Shown here: positions 59,758 through 64,000 of the stretch, in pieces
How positions within the stretch are numbered: the stretch's first letter is position 1
How the letters are laid out: every line of letters begins with the position of its first letter
From: Dehalococcoidia bacterium
Lineage (GTDB): Bacteria; Chloroflexota; Dehalococcoidia; SZUA-161; SpSt-899
DNA: 64,000 bases
Reading direction: 5' to 3'
Assembly: GCA_041300025.1 (NCBI GenBank)
Contig: JBGLNL010000001.1
Span: forward strand, 1,211,576-1,275,575
Notes under the pieces: generated by a model
Database searches by the model: none
What the model was told of the DNA's origin: nothing
What the model saw: only the letters and a program-made list of their open reading frames with translations
Translations under genes and position numbers: made by a program

Positions 59758-60204
59758 AAGGTCTTTTGTTCCCCCGCTCTGTAACAAAAGGGCCTCATTG
59801 ACCGCATCAGCGATGGTATATACACCATGAACCGCTACTCCCGCCGCTTCGTGATAGCCGAAAATCAGATAATCGGCAAGATCGCTTTGCCTGAGTGCCT
59901 GTTCCTGCGAGTAAAGCTCAGCAAGGTTCCTGCGGGTGAGCATATCCCCATCGCGGGCTTCAATAATAAAGCCAACCCATAAAACTTCCTGAGTAAAGGT
60001 GTCTTCAATGTGATCGGACAGTTTCACTACGTCATTGCCGGTGGGATTGTCGCTGGCAGTTTCTTCCGGGGCCATCATCATCATGGGGAAAAGCAGGGCA
60101 ACGGTTAACAGGAGAACTATAAGAATAACCCGGCCTGAACGCCTTTCAAGGGTGTTCCCCAGCCAGCCATAAAATCCTTTCCGTTCGCTACGCTCTTCAG
60201 CCAT
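59659..60204 (-). pseudogene. N-terminal fragment of an MMPL/RND-superfamily exporter (TM1 plus the start of the periplasmic domain)
   Basis: MAEERSERKGFYGWLGNTLERRSGRVILIVLLLTVALLFP.... Only ~140 aa are plausible. The tail looks like frame run-on. Confidence 0.4.
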
Positions 60205-60217
60205 TACCAAATCTCAT

Positions 60218-61105
60218 TTACAGGAAAAGTGCCCTTCCAATCTCTTCCAGCCTTTCGAGGCCTTTTATCTCATACGGGAAAAGGGGCAACTCGGTGTTTT
60301 TCATAAGCTTGCATCTTTCCCTGATTTGCTTTATATATCCCTGCTGCTGCCCGCTTTTTGTCCGCAGAAAATCGGAGTCTGCTGATTTTATAACATTATT
60401 GATGATAACATGGTTGAATTCAAATCCGTGCTGTGAAAATTCTGTGAAAATTCTGTCAAGTTGCTGGACCGCCAGCGCTTCGGGGATCGTCACCAGCGTG
60501 AAATCCACTTCTTCCTTGAGAAAGCGCATGTCTTCTGCCGAAAGCTCTGCCCATTCCTCCAGTATTTTCAGAATGGGGCGCTTGCTCAATTTACCCGGTT
60601 TGAGCCGCGAATAGATTTTCGGCGCCGTTTTCAGATGGTCGCGCAGCATCTGCGGCATGTTAAGCAGGTGGATCGTCTGGCCGAGGGGCGCGGTGTCCCA
60701 TACGATTCTGGCATAGGTTCCTTTGCTGACAAGTTCACGAATGTAATCGACCATGAACTCTTCCTGCAATCCCGGCAGGATCGAAGTGATGAAATCAACA
60801 AATTCGTCGTATTCGATAGATACCATCGAGGAAAAGACCTCATAAACCTCACGCCCGAATCTTTTATCCCACATTTCCTTGACTTCCCGGGTGCCGAGTT
60901 CTGCCAGATAAAGGTTATCCATAACCCTAACCGGTTTTTGCAGGCTGTGAACTTCGAAAATATCGGAGAGTGAAGGGGTGGGATCTGTGGAAATTATGAG
61001 AGTTTGGAAGCCTGAAACTGCATAATGCAGGGCAGTGGCCCCGGCGCAGGTGGTCTTTCCCACACCACCCTTGCCACCAAACATAATTACGTGTTTATCA
61101 GACAA
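60218..61105 (-). CDS. arsA: ArsA/Get3-family anion-transporting ATPase (single domain)
   Basis: FGGKGGVGKTTCAGATAL P-loop. Confidence 0.85.
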   Translation of the reverse strand: MSDKHVIMFGGKGGVGKTTCAGATALHYAVSGFQTLIISTDPTPSLSDIFEVHSLQKPVRVMDNLYLAELGTREVKEMWDKRFGREVYEVFSSMVSIEYDEFVDFITSILPGLQEEFMVDYIRELVSKGTYARIVWDTAPLGQTIHLLNMPQMLRDHLKTAPKIYSRLKPGKLSKRPILKILEEWAELSAEDMRFLKEEVDFTLVTIPEALAVQQLDRIFTEFSQHGFEFNHVIINNVIKSADSDFLRTKSGQQQGYIKQIRERCKLMKNTELPLFPYEIKGLERLEEIGRALFL

Positions 61106-61114
61106 TATTCTTCT

Positions 61115-62305
61115 CTATTCCTGCACCATCCAGTCGCAGTAGTAACATTTGAGGACCTTCTTCCTGCCTCCGCTTTTGTAGAACTTCGGGGTAGTATACT
61201 TCTCATTGTTGGTAACGCATTTTTTATTAAGGCACCTGATATCAGGGGCAACCTTTGCCAGCTTGACAGCCGCCACTGGTGGCACTTGATCTAACTTAGG
61301 TTCTTTTACCCCCAGTAATAAAGCGATCAGTGCCATTCTGACCGGAACCCCATACCCCGCCTGCCGGAAATAGGCCGCCCTTTTATCCTGATCAACTTCA
61401 TAGGCCAGCTCATCAACTCTGGGTAGCGGATGCATAATAACAGCGTCGCTTCTCGACTTTTCCAGCAGTTGCTTATTAATTCGATAACTTTCCGCGCCGG
61501 CTGCACTGCTCTCCGGGGTAGCAAACCGTTCCCGTTGAAGTCGGGTAAAATAGAGCACATCCAGGCTCTCCAGCAAAAAATTCATGAAGCCTTCCTGCTG
61601 GTTCATCCCGTCGCGGGGATGGCGTATAACCAGCGAGCCGCCTTCAGCAATATCATCCAGTGACCTGTACTCAGTCAGGTTTCCTTTGTAATTTTCGATC
61701 ATATCCCTCACATGATCCGGCAATTCGAAACCTTCCGGGGCAATACATGTTATCCGTGCCCCGAATCTGGCCAGAGCCACCGCCAGCGAATGCACCGTTC
61801 TGCCATGCCGCAAGTCCCCGCACAGGGCCACATTTTTGCCCTTGATACCCCCCGTTTCCTTGCGTATAGTATACAAATCGAGGAGAGTTTGAGTTGGATG
61901 CTCATGGGCCCCATCTCCCCCGCTGATAATGGGCACTGAGGAATGTTCCGCAGCCAGCCGGGTAGAACCATCGAGGGGATGGCGCATCACAATGACATCC
62001 GCATATCGTTCCAGCACCCTGATTGTATCGGCAATCGTTTCGCCTTTAGCCACAGAAGATGTTACCTGCGCCTCGGCATGACTGACCACGTTTCCTCCCA
62101 GCCTGTGCATGGCTGTCTCAAACGAACTGCGGGTACGGGTACTGGCTTCATAAAAAAGGGTATAAAGCTCTTTTCCCTCACAGAGAGTCAAATGCTTCCC
62201 CTTTCTAAGATCAGCATCCATCTCTTCAGCCACATCAAGCACGGCTGCTATCTCTTCGTTGGAGAAATCATTGATCGAAATCAAGTGTCGTCCGGTAAGC
62301 ATCAT
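61115..62305 (-). CDS. pyrB: aspartate carbamoyltransferase catalytic chain fused in frame to a PyrI-type zinc-binding domain
   Basis: STRTR and HPLP ATCase motifs. C-terminal CLNKKC...CYYC zinc domain. The PyrI allosteric domain is absent. Confidence 0.85.
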   Translation of the reverse strand: MMLTGRHLISINDFSNEEIAAVLDVAEEMDADLRKGKHLTLCEGKELYTLFYEASTRTRSSFETAMHRLGGNVVSHAEAQVTSSVAKGETIADTIRVLERYADVIVMRHPLDGSTRLAAEHSSVPIISGGDGAHEHPTQTLLDLYTIRKETGGIKGKNVALCGDLRHGRTVHSLAVALARFGARITCIAPEGFELPDHVRDMIENYKGNLTEYRSLDDIAEGGSLVIRHPRDGMNQQEGFMNFLLESLDVLYFTRLQRERFATPESSAAGAESYRINKQLLEKSRSDAVIMHPLPRVDELAYEVDQDKRAAYFRQAGYGVPVRMALIALLLGVKEPKLDQVPPVAAVKLAKVAPDIRCLNKKCVTNNEKYTTPKFYKSGGRKKVLKCYYCDWMVQE

Positions 62306-62334
62306 CTACCCATACCTCCTGCAAAAGAAATTTT

Positions 62335-62862
62335 TCAGTGAATTATAACCACCTCATCTCTGCCATCAACTTCGCTAAGTCGTACCTGCACCCGTTCATA
62401 TAACGAAGAGGGAATATTCTTCCCCACGAAATCGGCTTTGATGGGCATCTCGCGATGGCCGCGATCGATCAGTACCGCCAGTTGAATGGAAGCAGGACGC
62501 CCCCAGTCAATGAGGGCATCAATAGCTGCGCGAGCACTCCTTCCGGTAAAGAGCACATCGTCAACCAGAATCACTCTGCTATCCGCAATTCGGGGAGGTA
62601 TATCGCTGGGCTCAATGGTGAGGTTTCCGGGAAGTGATTTGAGATCATCGCGGTAGAGGGTAAAGTCGATGGCCCCAACCGGGATTTCTCTATTTGTGAT
62701 TTCAGCTATAACAGCAGCAATGCGCTGCGCCAGAGGGATCCCCCTTGTGCGAATTCCAATGGCCATCAGGTGTTCTTCGCCGTTTCGCTCCACTATCTCA
62801 TGAGCAAGACGAATAATCACTCGGCGGATGTCTTCTTCCGAGAGAACGACGCTCTCAGGCAT
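62335..62862 (-). CDS. pyrR: bifunctional pyrimidine operon regulator / uracil phosphoribosyltransferase PyrR
   Basis: [20 protein letters not shown] PRTase motif. GGGAGG RBS before the ATG at 62862. The ORF-track start is an upstream TTG. Confidence 0.85.
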   Translation of the reverse strand: MPESVVLSEEDIRRVIIRLAHEIVERNGEEHLMAIGIRTRGIPLAQRIAAVIAEITNREIPVGAIDFTLYRDDLKSLPGNLTIEPSDIPPRIADSRVILVDDVLFTGRSARAAIDALIDWGRPASIQLAVLIDRGHREMPIKADFVGKNIPSSLYERVQVRLSEVDGRDEVVIIH

Positions 62863-63003
62863 AAAAAAACCTCCCGCTTTCTCCAAACAGGAGGAAATCC
62901 ATCATTCGCTCACTTGTCAGCGCCCTTATTACCAATCTACGATTACTCCTTACCGGTCTCTCAGGACTAGTTTAAAGGTTATCTTACCCCCCGATTATAT
63001 CAG
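62863..63003 (-). promoter_or_regulatory. pyr leader: PyrR-binding loop plus attenuator terminator that sequesters the RBS
   Basis: Minus strand UUUAAACUAGUCCUGAGAGACCGGUAAGGAG matches ARUCCNGNGAGGYU. CCTCC...GGAGG hairpin plus a T7 run ends immediately before the pyrR ATG. Confidence 0.6.
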
Positions 63004-63032
63004 CCTCCCCCTCATTTTCCAATCTCTCGATG
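63004..63032 (-). promoter_or_regulatory. sigma70 promoter of the pyr operon (TTGGAA-17-TATAAT)
   Basis: Minus-strand TTGGAAAATGAGGGGGAGGCTGATATAAT. Confidence 0.6.
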
Positions 63033-63124
63033 GGAAAGCCCTCCAATCCAAGGCAGTACATGAGACACAAAGTTCAGGCTGGGCAGCCGGAACAAGGGCA
63101 TCGGTGCCGGCACCAGCGAGTCGG

Positions 63125-63937
63125 TCAGGGGCGATCCATCCTTACAGGTATACCCTGATTGAACAGATAATTTTTTACCTGCCGAATGGAAAATGTACTA
63201 TAGTGAAACAGGCTGGCCGCCAGAACAGCATCCGCCTTGCCCTCGATAAGAACATCCGAGAAATGCTTAAAAGCACCGGCTCCCCCGCTGGCGATCACCG
63301 GCACGCTCACAGACTCAGAAACTGTGCGGGTCAATTCCAGATCGTAGCCATCCTGATGGCCATCACAATCCATACTTGTAAGGAGTATCTCTCCTGCCCC
63401 CAGCCGCACCGCTTCACACGCCCATGCGACAGCATCTATTCCCGCTGGTTTTCGCCCGCCATGCGTATAAACCTCCCATCGGGAATTGCGATTCAAAGCA
63501 AGAGGACCGTCGCCATCAATTTCAACCTTGCATTCAATCCTCCTGGCATCGATAGCCACCACTATGCACTGATTACCGAATTTAGCCGCTCCCGCGGCAA
63601 TGATATGCGGGGCAAGTACCGCCGCCGTGTTCAGCGAAACCTTATCCGCCCCGGCCTCCAATATCAGCCGCACATCCTCAACGCTGCGCAGTCCGCCTCC
63701 GACAGTTAACGGGATAAACACTTCATCCGAAACTTTTTCAACCAGGTCGATCATGATTTGCCGCGCATCGGATGATGCAGTTATATCAAGAAATACCAGC
63801 TCATCCGCCCCCTCCCCATCATAGAATGCCGCCAGTTCGACGGGATCCCCCGCATCCCGCAACTGAACGAAGCTAACGCCCTTAACCACCCTTCCTTCTG
63901 TGACATCAAGACAGGGTATAATCCGTTTGGTCAACAT
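63125..63937 (-). CDS. hisF: imidazole glycerol phosphate synthase cyclase subunit
   Basis: [13 protein letters not shown]-terminus. (beta/alpha)8 HisF motifs. The ORF-track start is 24 nt upstream. Confidence 0.9.
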   Translation of the reverse strand: MLTKRIIPCLDVTEGRVVKGVSFVQLRDAGDPVELAAFYDGEGADELVFLDITASSDARQIMIDLVEKVSDEVFIPLTVGGGLRSVEDVRLILEAGADKVSLNTAAVLAPHIIAAGAAKFGNQCIVVAIDARRIECKVEIDGDGPLALNRNSRWEVYTHGGRKPAGIDAVAWACEAVRLGAGEILLTSMDCDGHQDGYDLELTRTVSESVSVPVIASGGAGAFKHFSDVLIEGKADAVLAASLFHYSTFSIRQVKNYLFNQGIPVRMDRP

Positions 63938-64000
63938 GGCAGCTTTACCCCGCTCCCCCAAAAGACTTCATAAAATTGGCCAGTAAACAAAGTCCGATCC

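Noticed and set aside
59532-59828. 98-aa minus-strand ORF
   Set aside because: It overlaps both the MMPL-stub tail and the small signal-peptide ORF. It has no RBS or motifs.

Overview
This 64-kb segment appears to come from an anaerobic bacterium with Gram-positive-type regulatory hallmarks: a Trp T-box leader, a PyrR attenuator on the pyrR-pyrB leader, and an Asp23/AmaP/DUF2273/CsbD general-stress cluster. About 60 protein-coding genes are supportable. They include five paralogous CrtI-like FAD oxidoreductases, two tripartite-type ABC exporters, a 2-hydroxyacyl-CoA dehydratase with two BcrAD/HgdC-type ATPase activators, several CoA-transferases and an acyl-CoA dehydrogenase. Other genes are pyrD, pyrR-pyrBI, aro genes (DAHP synthase, AroH chorismate mutase), queA, hisF, a GspE/PilB ATPase, VapBC and MazEF toxin-antitoxin pairs, an AT-rich orphan DNA methyltransferase islet, and a ~1,590-aa secreted surface protein split by a frameshift. 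No rRNA genes were seen; tRNAs could not be scanned exhaustively by eye and none was recognised. There is no CRISPR array. The most notable signals are four. (1) A dispersed family of at least 8 GC-rich GGGGG-N3-CCCCC hairpin repeats (REP/MITE-like) in intergenic regions. (2) An HdrA-MvhD fusion gene whose reading frame runs through an in-frame TGA followed 21 nt later by a SECIS-like GGUC hairpin, so a probable selenoprotein, and which lacks its N-terminal FAD domain. (3) An unusually high density of genes truncated exactly at their neighbour's boundary (at least 10 junctions), which suggests pervasive small deletions or genome erosion, or an assembly or construction artefact. (4) Structured regulatory RNAs: the T-box, the PyrR attenuator, and a conserved ~60-nt intergenic motif present in two copies near stress genes. 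All calls come from reading the sequence and the ORF translations against remembered family motifs. No database searches were run.
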